Assembly (NCBI GenBank): GCA_032718475.1
Contig: JAUCBJ010005207.1
Coordinates: forward strand, 1-49,908
Length of the DNA: 49,908 nucleotides
Direction of reading: 5' to 3'
DNA from: Nemertoderma westbladi
Taxonomy: Eukaryota; Animalia; Xenacoelomorpha
Numbering within the stretch: position 1 is the first letter of the stretch; each line of letters starts with the position of its first letter. Positions 12,447 through 24,573 of this stretch are shown piece by piece. The notes beneath the pieces were generated by a model that saw only the letters and a program-made list of their open reading frames with translations, searched no databases and was not told where the DNA came from. Position numbers and translations under genes: made by a program.

Positions 12447-12582
12447 GTTATTAGTGGATTTATTCTATTTACCCTTTGAACACGGAGGTCGAGCTTTACA
12501 AATACTAGAGGAATGTCATTGGTTAAAGTCGAATTCTAGATTAGTTACAAAGACAAGAAAAACCAGACTTAGCAGCGGCGAT
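12447..12582 (+). CDS. OGA: O-GlcNAcase exon
   Basis: Flanked by tttcag| and |gtaagt. It encodes (R)LLVDLFYLPFEHGGRALQILEECHWLKSNSRLVTKTRKTRLSSGD, containing the OGA LFYLP(Y/F)EHG motif. Confidence 0.93.
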
Positions 12583-12963
12583 GTAAGTGTTCCTAATTCT
12601 AGATTAGTTACAAAGACAAGAAAAACCAGACTTAGCAGCGGAGATGTAAGTGTTCCTAATTCTAGATTAGTTACAAAGACAAGAAAACCAGACTTAGCAG
12701 CGGCGATGTAAGTGTTCCTAATTCTAGATTAGTTACAAAGACAAGAAAAACCAGACTTAGCAGCGGCGATGTAAGTGTTCCTAATTCTAGATTAGTTACA
12801 AAGACAAGTAAAACCAGACTTAGCAGCGGCGATGTAAGTGTTCCTAATTCTAGATTAGTTACAAAGACAAGTAAAACCAGACTTAGCAGCGGCGATGTAA
12901 GTGTTCCTAATTCTAGATTAGTTACAAAGACAAGAAAAACCAGACTTAGCAGCGACGATGTAA
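12532..12963 (+). repeat. 63-bp minisatellite, ~7 copies, made of the last 51 nt of the OGA exon plus its donor site
   Basis: The unit is AATTCTAGATTAGTTACAAAGACAAGAAAAACCAGACTTAGCAGCGGCGAT|GTAAGTGTTCCT. Confidence 0.95.
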
Positions 12964-13141
12964 TTTAATTTAATTTTAAATTTATTTAATTAATTACAGT
13001 AGTAAGGGTTTACCCTATTTCGGCGACAATGGGACCCACTTCGCACCTTAGGTGTTAGGTAGGTCATTAATCAATTAATTAATTATTTAATTAATTGGTC
13101 GATTAAACAATTAATTAATTACTTAATCGATCGATTTACTC

Positions 13142-14888
13142 GACCCACCAAGCCCGAATTACTCGCTGTGTATAAAGCTGATGACCCACCAAGCCCGAAT
13201 TACTCCTGTGTATAAAGCTGATGACCCACCAAGCCCGAATTACTCGCTGTGTATAAAGCTGATGACCCACCAAGCCCGAATTACTCGCTGTGTATAAAGC
13301 TGATGACCCACCAAGCCCGAATTACTCCTGTGTATAAAGCTGATGACCCACCAAGCCCGAATTACTCGCTGTGTATAAAGCTGATGACCCACCAAGCCCG
13401 AATTACTCGCTGTGTATAAAGCTGATGTCCCACCAAGCCCGAATTACTCCTGTGTATAAAGCTGATGACCCACCAAGCCCGAATTACTCCTGTGTATAAA
13501 GCTGATGACCCACCAAGCCCGAATTACTCCTGTGTATAAAGATGATGACCCACCAAGCCCGAATTACTCCTGTGTATAAAGCTGATGACCCACCAAGCCC
13601 GAATTACTCCTGTGTATAAAGCTGATGACCCACCAAGCCCGAATTACTCCTGTGTATAAAGCTGATGACCCACCAAGCCCGAATTACTCCTGTGTATAAA
13701 GCTGATGACCCACCAAGCCCGAATTACTCCTGTGTATAAAGCTGATGTCCCACCAAGCCCGAATTACTCCTGTGTATAAAGCTGATGACCCACCAAGCCC
13801 GAATTACTCCTGTGTATAAAGCTGATGACCCACCAAGCCCGAATTACTCCTGTGTATAAAGATGATGACCCACCAAGCCCGAATTACTCCTGTGTATAAA
13901 GCTGATGACCCACCAAGCCCGAATTACTCGCTGTGTATAAAGCTGATGACCCACCAAGCCCGAATTACTCGCTGTGTATAAAGCTGATGACCCACCAAGT
14001 CCGAATTACTCGCTGTGTATAAAGCTGATGACCCACCAAGCCCGAATTACTCGCTGTGTATAAAGCTGATGACCCACCAAGCCCGAATTACTCGCCGTGT
14101 ATAAAGCTGATGACCCACCAAGCCCGAATTGCTCGCTGTGTATAAAGCTGATGACCCACCAAGCCCGAATTACTCCTGTGTATAAAGCTGATGACCCACC
14201 AAGCCCGAATTACTCCTGTGTATAAAGCTGATGATCCACCAAGCCCGAATTACTCCTGTGTATAAAGCTGATGACCCGCCAAGCCCGAATTACTCCTGTG
14301 TATAAAGCTGATGACCCACCAAGCCCGAATTACTCCTGTGTATAAAGCTGATGACCCACCAAGCCCGAATTACTCGCTGTGTATAAAGCTGATAATCCAC
14401 CAAGCCCGAATTACTCCTGTGTATAAAGCTGATGACCCGCCAAGCCCGAATTACTCCTGTGTATAAAGCTGATGACCCACCAAGCCCGAATTACTCCTGT
14501 GTATAAAGCTGATGACCCACCAAGCCCGAATTACTCGCTGTGTATAAAGCTGATGACCCACCAAGCCCGAATTACTCGCTGTGTATAAAGCTGATGACCC
14601 ACCAAGCCCGAATTACTCCTGTGTATAAAGCTGATGACCCACCAAGCCCGAATTGCTCGCTGTGTATAAAGCTGATGACCCACCAAGCCCGAATTACTCG
14701 CTGTGTATAAAGCTGATGACCCACCAAGCCCGAATTACTCGCTGTGTATAAAGCTGATGACCCACCAAGCCCGAATTGCTCGCTGTGTATAAAGCTGATG
14801 ACCCACCAAGCCCGAATTACTCCTGTGTATAAAGCTGATGACCCACCAAGCCCGAATTACTCGCTGTGTATAAAGCTGATGACCCACT
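13142..14888 (+). repeat. 40/41-bp minisatellite, ~43 copies, derived from the 5' end of the adjacent LINE RT fragment
   Basis: The unit is GACCCACCAAGCCCGAATTACTC(G)CTGTGTATAAAGCTGAT. The 40-bp form translates as ARITPVYKADDP and runs into LEPRNYRPISILP. Confidence 0.92.
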
Positions 14889-15693
14889 TGAACCGAGAAA
14901 CTACCGACCCATTTCTATCCTGCCGGTATTTAGCAAAATATTTGTAAAATTTTATATGACCAATTGTCCTCATTTATTTCAAATATATTGACAAATAGGC
15001 AGTTTGGATTTAGAAAAAATAGAAGCACCTTTCATGCAATTCTTACACTTTCATAACAAATTAGTGACGTCATTGATACAGGAGATTCAGCCTTCACAGT
15101 TTATATGGATATCCGTAAAGCATTCGATACAATAGTTCACCATATCTTGGCAAGAAAACTAGAACATTACGGCATAACGTGTCAAACCACTGGAATTGTT
15201 AAAGGATTACCTTGCTAATCGCTCACAGTTTGTCACAGTTAACGGCTGTTCATCAAATTCGGTTTCAATACAAACGGGCATTCCCCAAGGGAGTCTTTTG
15301 GGACCCTCCTATTCATTCTATACATAAATGATCTACCGTCTATAACAAATTTATACACAACTCTTTTCGCTGATGACTCTAGTTTTACTTACAGTCCGAC
15401 ATAGCAACTTAAATTCACTTTATAATAATACAAATACTGAACTAACTAAAATACAGGACTGGTTATTGGCTAATAGATTAAACGCTCAATTCTAGCAAAA
15501 CTGAATACATGCACTTCTCAAATAGACCTGTATCAGGGAATTTATACGTATGGGATGAACAGCTCAAACATGTGAATCTAATAAAATACCTCGGTGTGAT
15601 CATAGATTATAAAATGACCTGGAAGGCTCATATTGAATTTGTATTAAACAAAATATCGAAATCATCCGGGATATTTTATAAACTGCGATCATT
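14850..15693 (+). mobile_element. Decayed non-LTR retrotransposon RT fragment (CR1/L2-group-like)
   Basis: RT motifs appear across frameshifts: NYRPISILPVFSKIF, QFGFRKNRST, YMDIRKAFDT, GIPQGSLLGP, YINDLP, LFADD and KYLGVIID. Confidence 0.9.
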
Positions 15694-15872
15694 TGTGACC
15701 GTATCATATCATGTGTGACCGTATCATATCATGTGTGACCGTATCATATCATGTGTGACCGTATCATATCATGTGTGACCGTATCATATCATGTGTGACC
15801 GTATCATATCATGTGTGACCGTATCATATCATGTGTGACCGTATCATATCATGTGTGACCGTATCATATCAT
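15694..15872. repeat. 20-bp minisatellite, ~9 copies, at the 3' break of the LINE fragment
   Basis: The unit is TGTGACCGTATCATATCATG. Confidence 0.93.
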
Positions 15873-16173
15873 TTCATAATTTCACCTTCAAAGGGCGTCC
15901 ACCACTCTACTCGCTTTGCGAATTGGTGGCGTCCTGCGATATCACACCACTACAACATCTTAAATTTAAAATGTTTGTGCTTGTATAATCTAGTAAAATC
16001 GCGAATAAATAAAAATAAAAGTAAAAAAAAGTAGAATAAAAATATAATGTTAACGCACTGAAGCCATTAATTAAGTTACGTCATAAAAAAAATTATTATT
16101 TATTTTAGCAAGATTTCGCCATAGTAAAAAACAAACAAACAATATTATTAAGCACAATCAATGTTAAGATAAA

Positions 16174-16688
16174 TGTGGGGCGAGCCACGAAGTTGGCGGA
16201 GCCTTAGCGAATTGACACTGTTAGGGGGTGGGTCAATTTATGCAAATAGTTGTCGTCGTCGTCGTTGTCGTCGTCGTCGTCGTCGTCGTTGTCGTCGTCG
16301 TCGTCGTTACGATTTTGACATGCTAATAACTTTGTCGGATTTAAAGCTGCCAAGTTGAAAATTTGTAGGTATCAATATGAGCAAAAGTTGAGATTTTTGA
16401 GAGACTTTCAGACACCATCAGTGCAATGGTCTCCCGCTAGAGGGCCACATGTCTAAACATTAAATGCCCTCCCATTTCTTTGCTTTTAATCCGTTTAAGC
16501 TGAAACTTGGCAGATATGTATTAGACCATTAGCTGTGACTTTCAAAGGAGGCGAATCCATCTGCAGTTCTCCAGTCTGCCGCTAGAGGGCCAACGTGACA
16601 ACGACAACTATTTGCATAAATTGACCCACCCCCTAACAGTGTCAATTCGCTAAGGCTCTGCCAACTTCGTGCTGCGCGAAGTCCCCAC
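16174..16688 (+). mobile_element. Non-autonomous HINE/Helentron-like or foldback element with ~80-bp inverted arms and an internal (GTC)n microsatellite
   Basis: The left arm CACGAAGTTGGCGGAGCCTTAGCGAATTGACACTGTTAGGGGGTGGGTCAATTTATGCAAATAGTTGTCGT is near-perfectly inverted at ~16600-16671. The ends TGTGGGGCGAGCCAC and GTGCTGCGCGAAGTCCCCAC are shared with other copies in the window. Confidence 0.65.
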
Positions 16689-16762
16689 TTCGTGTTACAG
16701 TAGAGTACGGATTAATTACCAACAATAATAAGTATACATAAGGGATAACAACAGTAAAAGGT

Positions 16763-19055
16763 TATAACCAAGTCGATGTGGATTGCATATCTAGTATTCT
16801 AGACACACCATTCAAGCGACAAACATTATATACCGATTTTAGAATTAAGTTGTCTGAGTTATCTACCCTCTTAAAGAGGCTGGCTATTAAATTATATCTG
16901 AGATGCACAAAAAGCTTCATATTATAATAGCCAAAAGCACTTGTTATACTAGTTGGTTCACCATTTGTAACTCTTGGGATATGAAATAGCAATCTGAAAC
17001 AGTTATTATAAGCAACCCTAAGTTTATCATGAACAAATTCTGAATAGTTACGCTTAGACCAAAGAGAATTACAGTACACTGTGGAACAATAAGCCCTAAA
17101 TAAAGTAATTTTCACACTATTACTGCATGCACCAAATTTCCTAGCTATAAAGTTACCCCGGGCGTAAAGGCACTGGGTCTGCCTTTTAATATCATAATCG
17201 TCATCAGTACTGCTGTGTATTATGTGACCTAAATAATTGAATTTAGTAACTATTTATATACAGTTACTGGAGCACCTAGGTATAAAATACAGTTACTGGA
17301 GCACCTAGGTATAAAATACAGTTACTGGAGCACCTAGGTATAAAATATAGTTACTGGAGCACCTAGGTATAAAATACAGTTACTGGAGCACCTAGGTATA
17401 AAATACAGTTACTGGAGCACCTAGGTATAAAATACAGTTACTGGAGCACCTAGGTATAAAATACAGTTACTGGAGCACCTAGGTATAAAATACAGTTACT
17501 GGAGCACCTAGGTATAAAATACAGTTACTGGAGCACCTAGGTATAAAATACAGTTACTGGAGCACCTAGGTATAAAATACAGTTACTGGAGCACCTAGGT
17601 ATAAAATACAGTTACTGGAGCACCTAGGTATAAATTACAGTTACTGGAGCACCTAGGTATAAAATACAGTTACTGGAGCACCTAGGTATAAAATACAGTT
17701 ACTGGAGCACCTAGGTATAAAATACAGTTACTGGAGCACCTAGGTATAAAATACAGTTACTGGAGCACCTAGGTATAAAATACAGTTACTGGAGCACCTA
17801 GGTATAAAATACAGTTACTGGAGCACCTAGGTATAAAATACAGTTACTGGAGCACCTAGGTATAAAATACAGTTACTGGAGCACCTAGGTATAAAATACA
17901 GTTACTGGAGCACCTAGGTATAAAATACAGTTACTGGAGCACCTAGGTATAAAATACAGTTACTGGAGCACCTAGGTATAAAATACAGTTACTGGAGCAC
18001 CTAGGTATAAAATACAGTTACTGGAGCACCTAGGTATAAAATACAGTTACTGGAGCACCTAGGTATAAAATACAGTTACTGGAGCACCTAGGTATAAAAT
18101 ACAGTTACTGGAGCACCTAGGTATAAAATACAGTTACTGGAGCACCTAGGTATAAAATACAGTTACTGGAGCACCTAGGTATAAAATATAGTTACTGGAG
18201 CACCTAGGTATAAAATACAGTTACTGGAGCACCTAGGTATAAAATACAGTTACTGGAGCACCTAGGTATAAAATACAGTTACTGGAGCACCTAGGTATAA
18301 AATACAGTTACTGGAGCACCTAGGTATAAAATACAGTTACTGGAGCACCTAGGTATAAAATATAGTTACTGGAGCACCTAGGTATAAAATATAGTTACTG
18401 GAGCAGCTAGGTATAAAATATAGTTACTGGAGCAGCAAGGTATAAAATATAGACATTTTGTTTTCTTCTTATTAAATAAAATGGAGTTCCGTTCAGCAAA
18501 AGCAAAAAGTTCAGCTACATTAGTTAAACGTTGTAAACCAAAAATAGAGTTAGACAAAAGACATAAATCATCTGCATACCTAAGTGATTTATTCCTGTAT
18601 CCCCTCCCCTATAAGACACCCCTGTATCGGTTAAATCTTAACTTAGCCCATCCATGTAAACATTAAACAGCAACGGCGATAGAACTCCACCCTGTTTAGT
18701 TCCATTTGTTTCCAAAAACTTAGAAGTATACCCATCCCACGTAATACACATGTACTGCTGTCTGTACCAAAAGATAAGCAACCTAACTATGTACATCGGT
18801 AGCCCCCTACCTATTAGCTTACGAAAAAGACCAAAGTGATTAATTCTAACGAAGGCTTTACTAGCATCTGCATCTAACATGCATACAAACACTAGAGTAT
18901 TTTGTGATAGATAATAGTTAATTACTTCCTTCAACGCATATACACATGTTTCGGTCACCAATTTTTCTTTAAAGCCAAATTGGTTATCCGAAGTTTTTAA
19001 CTTATTAATACACCTAGTTAATATAATACGTTCTAGAATTTTACCAAGTACGGAT
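16763..19055 (-). mobile_element. Decayed non-LTR retrotransposon RT fragment (clade uncertain), split by a minisatellite
   Basis: Minus-strand motifs are DNQFGFK, CMLDA(DA)SKAF, KQGGVLSPLLFNVYMD, YADDLCLLS, YLGHII and LYARGN...RKF...VKITLFRAYC. Confidence 0.88.
17257..18451. repeat. 29-bp minisatellite, ~41 nearly identical copies, inside the LINE RT
   Basis: The unit is TATAAAATACAGTTACTGGAGCACCTAGG. Confidence 0.97.
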
Positions 19056-19637
19056 GATAGCTATCCCGTATCCCTCTATAATTATCTTTACTACTAATAT
19101 CCCCAGTCCTATCCTTAATTATTGGCAGTATGACAGAATCAATCATTCCATATTATTATTAAGGATTTACATAGTGATAATAATCGACATATTGTACATG
19201 TACAGTACGTATAGCGTGAAAATAAACTATATTTCATCACCATGAAGGGGTTGCCCCCAACAATTTGATTTACTTTATAGTTAGTATAAAGTCAATCAAA
19301 TTGTTCTAGAAAATAAATCGTGCATATTTTGTAAAACACATAAAAATTAAAAGTCTAGAAGTGGTGATCAAATCAAATTGTTCTAGAAAAAATCTTGTAT
19401 TTTTCGAAAAAGGCATAAAAGTTTACAAGTTTAGAAGTGTTGATCAACCATAGGAAAACATTCAAAGGATTTCAAGATTTAAAAATATATTTCTTAAATA
19501 AAATATCGGAGGGCAATTATTGTCCGTGCGGTAATTGTCCGGGGGAAATTGTTCAGGGGGCAGTTTGTTGTCCGGGGGACAATTGTCCTAGTTCCATTGC
19601 ATTAACATCTCAACCCTAATCATACAGTCTATAACAA

Positions 19638-20364
19638 GTTCGTGGGGCCTTCGCGCATCACGAGGCTCATTTATGAGATACAGATTAAAATTGAGCGATT
19701 CTACTGTATCACAATCTCGGTATTTAAAAAAATGTAACCAAACCCCAATAAATCAAAGAGCGGGAAAAGTTACTCCCCTTCAACCCCCATCTTAATCAGC
19801 ACCACCCCATCCCAAAGGCGCACGGAATATTGATGAAGGGCGGGTATTAACAGAAAATTTATGTTTTAAAAGTAATATATTAAATATATTTTAGGCGTGG
19901 AGGCGACCCAATTTGTAGGAAATATTAAAACTTACCTTATGTATTGATACTGAAATATTAATTTAACAGTTTACCACGTCAACGAAATTATTATTCTAAA
20001 GAAACACGATTAAATACTAAGCCAATCATTTTGCTAGATAAACAGTAAACAAGCTGGCTTATTAGTCTGGCACCTTACACTACAGTACTGCCTATGTCCT
20101 AGTGTAACTTAATTATGTTTAGATCAATTAAAAACATATTTCTTAAAGTAAATCACTAATTAAAATATATAAGGGAATGGGGTATGGGGATCACAGCTGT
20201 ATAATTTTAAGTATAATTATATAAATCAAGAAAATAATTAATTTCCATTAAAAGACAGGTTGAAAATGCTGTTTCTCTACCCTAATCAACAGAACAACAG
20301 ACACACCGATTGAGTTAGTGGTACCCGTATGCTAAGCTCGCTTACTTTCATGGCTCGCCCCACA
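19638..20364 (-). mobile_element. Putative HINE-like family member (reverse orientation)
   Basis: It begins GTTCGTGGGGCCTTCGCGCATCAC and ends CATGGCTCGCCCCACA. These are the reverse complements of the termini of the 16174 and 24157 elements. Confidence 0.5.
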
Positions 20365-22475
20365 AGATGCGCCACACATAAACGCTATTCAATAAAAACA
20401 ATGAAACACAAACACTGCAATATGAACTGCTATTTCTAAAGGTTCACTTATCGTTTATTGTGATAAGTCAGTCAGTCGTGTAGGGAATCCTGGTATCTCA
20501 CCACCTCATTCAATCGTTTCCAATGCCTACATTGCCTTTATTCATTGTGCTAACAGCTCTGCTTGAGCAAATGTGCTGCCTACCGGTGTATTTTGCATGA
20601 CTGTTTTAACTGTATTGATGTGAAGGGACTGTTTTTTGTTCCTTCCCTTAGGGTCACCCCCTTTCCTACCTGTGTTGCATGAGGTGGTCTCTATGCACTA
20701 AGCATACATACACTGTAAGTAATTGGTTTCAATATAAACTTACTTTATATCATCTTTGTTGGTTCGTGGGGACTTCGCGCAGCACACCAGCTATATATTT
20801 TCGGTTGGCAATTTATTTTTTCCGCAATCTGTTTGTGTAAATTTATAGTTTTGCTTAAAATTAGGCGGGAAAATTCAAATAATTTGTCGACTAGCCAATA
20901 TATTATAGACTTATTTTTAATATTTTATTTACGATGGTTATTATAGTTGGTCCTATTAGTCTACTTGTACGTATTCCAGTCTGTCTTCTTGTCCACCCAC
21001 CCTCCTGTTTAAGTTAGAGACATCACTTATCCAAATTGTCATACTGTCATGGGGGGGGGGGGGGGGGGGGATTCTGGCTTGAATGTCAACATTTTGAAAT
21101 GCATACTGTTCCGAAAAGCGAATAAGTAGAAATAAGTGTAAGATACATTTTGGGTGGACTATATTGAATTGTAATATTTTCAAAAAAAATTTAATTTTTA
21201 GCGCCCATTAGCGGCCAGAGCCAGAATTGATATTTTTGACTTACAATGCTACTACTTTGTTGCTTCATTTTCAGAAGTTGTAACCTGTTTTTTTTTGGAA
21301 TCACCATGGCCGATTACGTGAAAAAAATTCAAGCATCATTTTTGTTTTGTACTTTTCAAGGAAATTACTTCTATTTTTTAAAAATAATTTTCAAATTTTC
21401 AAAAAATGCAATGATTTTTTTTATTAAAAAATATTATCACAGATGAACAATTGCAAAACTAAAAATACTGATCGAATTGTGTTATTGCGCACACTACTAC
21501 CTTTCATTTTAAACCAAAAACGTGCAAATTGGTTGAAAAATGGCGGAGGTGTAGCGATTTGAAAATGAAAAAATGCCATTCCGAGATAATTGCCTTTAAA
21601 TTTTAACCTTCCCGCGTAAATATACATATACATTCCCGCGTCAGTCAATATATATTTAGCAACAATAAAGCACAAAACCATGCTAAGATTTTTGCTATGG
21701 TGATTTTCCTGGTTGCCCTTTTTTTGAGGTCAGTTTTAATTTTATGAAATCTAGTTAGTCTGTCTGTCGGTCTATCTGACTATCCGACAATCTGTCCGTC
21801 AAATATAATCTAAGGACACACCACCATCTAGCTAAAAGTTTAGCTATAGGGATTTTCCTGGTCACAGAATTCATATCGAGTGTCAGTTTTTAACATTTGA
21901 TGACTTCCAAATTGGCTGTTTTGCTCTCAGGCTGTCGGATATATTTTGACGGACACCTAACAGGTATAAAACAGAAACGTAACAAAGTTGAAATACTGAC
22001 ATCAGAAATAATGTATCCGACCAATAAAACCCTTATAGGACATTTATTAGTCATATACTATGTTTTCTATTGTATTAGAGATATACTGACGGACAGACCG
22101 ACAGACAAACGGACAGGCGGCCATATCGCGAGAAATAAACGAGATCTAAAGGGATTTAAAATTTGAAATTTTGATAAAAAAAATCTGCCAAAGATGTAAT
22201 AGAAAAAAAATTTGAAAGCCAGTTGCCAGTTATCACCCCCCCCCCCCCCCCCCCCCCCCCCCTCCCCCTCCTCTTTAACTTAGACAAACGTTCATATTTT
22301 CCATTAAGCTGGTTTTCACGGTTGTTGATTTTATTGCAAACGTCATCGCGTATCATTTTTTGTAAATGCCATCAACTTTACGGAGCGACCAATGGACACA
22401 TGATACTCAATATATTAAAAAATGGCTGTATTTCAAGCTATTTATTAATATTACGTAATAAATTTATGTCTCTAG

Positions 22476-22651
22476 GCCGATGATTGGCGGGAAAGAGCGG
22501 AGAGGTTTATGGAATGGAACCAATCAGTGAGGACTTTGTTCGACCCGGCTATCCTGCGCACCCAATAGAGCGATTGTATTCGATCTGTACCCCTATATCT
22601 GGGACATAAAGGTCACATTATCACTGTTAACTGCCTTCATAAAATGGATCG
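22476..22651 (+). CDS. OGA: O-GlcNAcase exon with an apparent +1 frameshift
   Basis: Flanked by tctag| and |gttcgt. It reads ADDWRERAERFMEWNQSVRTLFD and then, after one extra C at 22544-22546, RLSCAPNRAIVFDLYPYIWDIKVTLSLLTAFIKWI(G), resembling OGA NRTILYDMYSYVWDIK. Confidence 0.88.
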
Positions 22652-22693
22652 GTTCGTATTGATAATAATTATATTAACTTTATAAAGTATCAC

Positions 22694-22726
<33 letters not shown>

Positions 22727-24156
22727 GGGTTTAAAGAAATTAAAACGGCGCTTTACTTGTATTTTTTTCTTTTTTTTTCCTTTTTTTTTCCATGGGTAAG
22801 GAGCCTGTCAAAATTACAGTGTTTGTAACTAAAACAAACAATTGGTATCTTTTCAAAATAAGCTCAACAACTTTAATACGGATAAATATAAATAAAAATA
22901 TATAGTATAAACCTAATTTCATGTAATTTAAATTCTTCCACAGATATTGGGTACGCCCCGCTTTCTGTAAACAACGCATCAACATGTCCAGGAATTATTT
23001 ACACAAGTATGTCCCAAGTACGGCAATGCCAACCAAACAGCTAAACTTATTTATGGTGTAGCTTTACTTGCAAAATAGTTGATCTTTTATTTTTCCATGT
23101 TATAAGGCATAATGGCAACACATTAAACGTTAATGAATTCGTGTATTGAGTTAGAAGCGTGTAAGTTAATTAGTTAGTGATTGATTGTTTGTTTGTTACA
23201 GTGGGGCTGTAAAGTGAATACTTACTAACTTACGGATTTTATTACAGTGGGTCTTCGGAAGTTACAGCGCTTAATAAATAGTATCTTCTATTATTGGCAT
23301 TGGCAATTATTATATTATATTTGTCTATTAGTATAATTCATTTGTTTATATTATTATTGTATTGGTTTAGTTGTGGAATAAGTTAACACATTTTGTGTGT
23401 AAATCGCACTCGCCTTCATTCTGTTACGCACCTTTAAGCTAATTATTCTTAAAGATTCAAAATCACAGAACCCAAACGGACCAAAGTAAATTTTTTAAAA
23501 GGTGCCTTTATCGGAAAAAAACAATTATATCAGAAAAAAATATTTATGATAAATAATATTAAATTTGAGAAATAATTGATTTAACTAGTTCACAATAATT
23601 CACACTGTAACAATAGACTCTAATATATGACTTAGTCCATTCCTTCTATGTTAGGTAACTCACACTTATATAAATAAATTGATTTGAATTAAAATGAATT
23701 ATTTCCTTGCATAATGACTTTAAACTTTTTCACGGGGGGATCACAATTATTATGGTTCGCCAAAGCGTTAATTCATTATGATTGACATTTTTGCTTGACC
23801 TCATCATGTTTATTTTGTTTATTTCGTGCAGTTATGGTGTACATAATATATTTTTTTTGCGAGTAGTTGTTCTACACCGTAGGTAAGTTAGGCTGTTATA
23901 CTTTGTTGGTTAGTACTTCGTATCCTAATTGTTACCAATGTAAATTAGGGCAGTGTTCATGAGTCAATCCGTGAATTTCCTATATATTATATGTAATTAT
24001 TACCTGTTATAACGATTCCTTATTATATTCACTGTTCAGTAATATTTATTATTTATTTATAATGTATTTAGAGACTTGTATGATTTATTCTTTTTCTATA
24101 TACTTTTAATTCAACCGTCTAAATATATTTTTTTAAATATAAAACTCTTTATGTAC

Positions 24157-24415
24157 TGTGGGGCGAGCCACGCAGTCAGGGCGTGCCTTAGCGCACAATT
24201 AACAATTAGTAAATAGGGCAAAATTTCATGTCCGTCTTTCTGTCTGTCTGTCTGTAATGAAAAATTCATTCGTAAATAACTTTTGAAGAATTTAACCATT
24301 TTCAACCAAATTTTGTATGGGCATACTAGAGAAAAAGTTCCAATATGTTTAAAAGTTACTGGCAAATACTTCTCGAACTTTCTCAAGTTCGCGTGCTGCG
24401 CGACGCCCCACGAAC
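24157..24415 (+). mobile_element. Short HINE/DINE-like element
   Basis: It has the 5' end TGTGGGGCGAGCCACG, an internal (CTGT)n microsatellite, and a 3' hairpin TCGCG-TGCTG-CGCGA followed by CGCCCCACGAAC. Confidence 0.6.
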
Positions 24416-24573
24416 GTGTGGTCTATCGCTTTTCAATTTTATGCAGAATTTTCTTTTAAATAATATAAACCCGTACTGGTAATTAATTACGCCATGAAGT
24501 TACTTGAACCCGTTCGAAACTTGAAACAATATAACATTTCGAAGAAAATTTATTAACCAAAACTCTATAGGAT

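Noticed and set aside
16173-16358. Protamine-like Arg-rich ORF
   Set aside because: The Arg run comes from a (CGT/GTC)n microsatellite inside a repeat element.
19510-19597. Short degenerate ATTGTCCGGGGG repeats, possibly a transposon end
   Set aside because: No partner terminus or TSD was found, so there is too little to classify.
21050-22270. Probable decayed DNA-element fragments with CTGT/GACA tracts
   Set aside because: Boundaries and family cannot be defined from the sequence alone.
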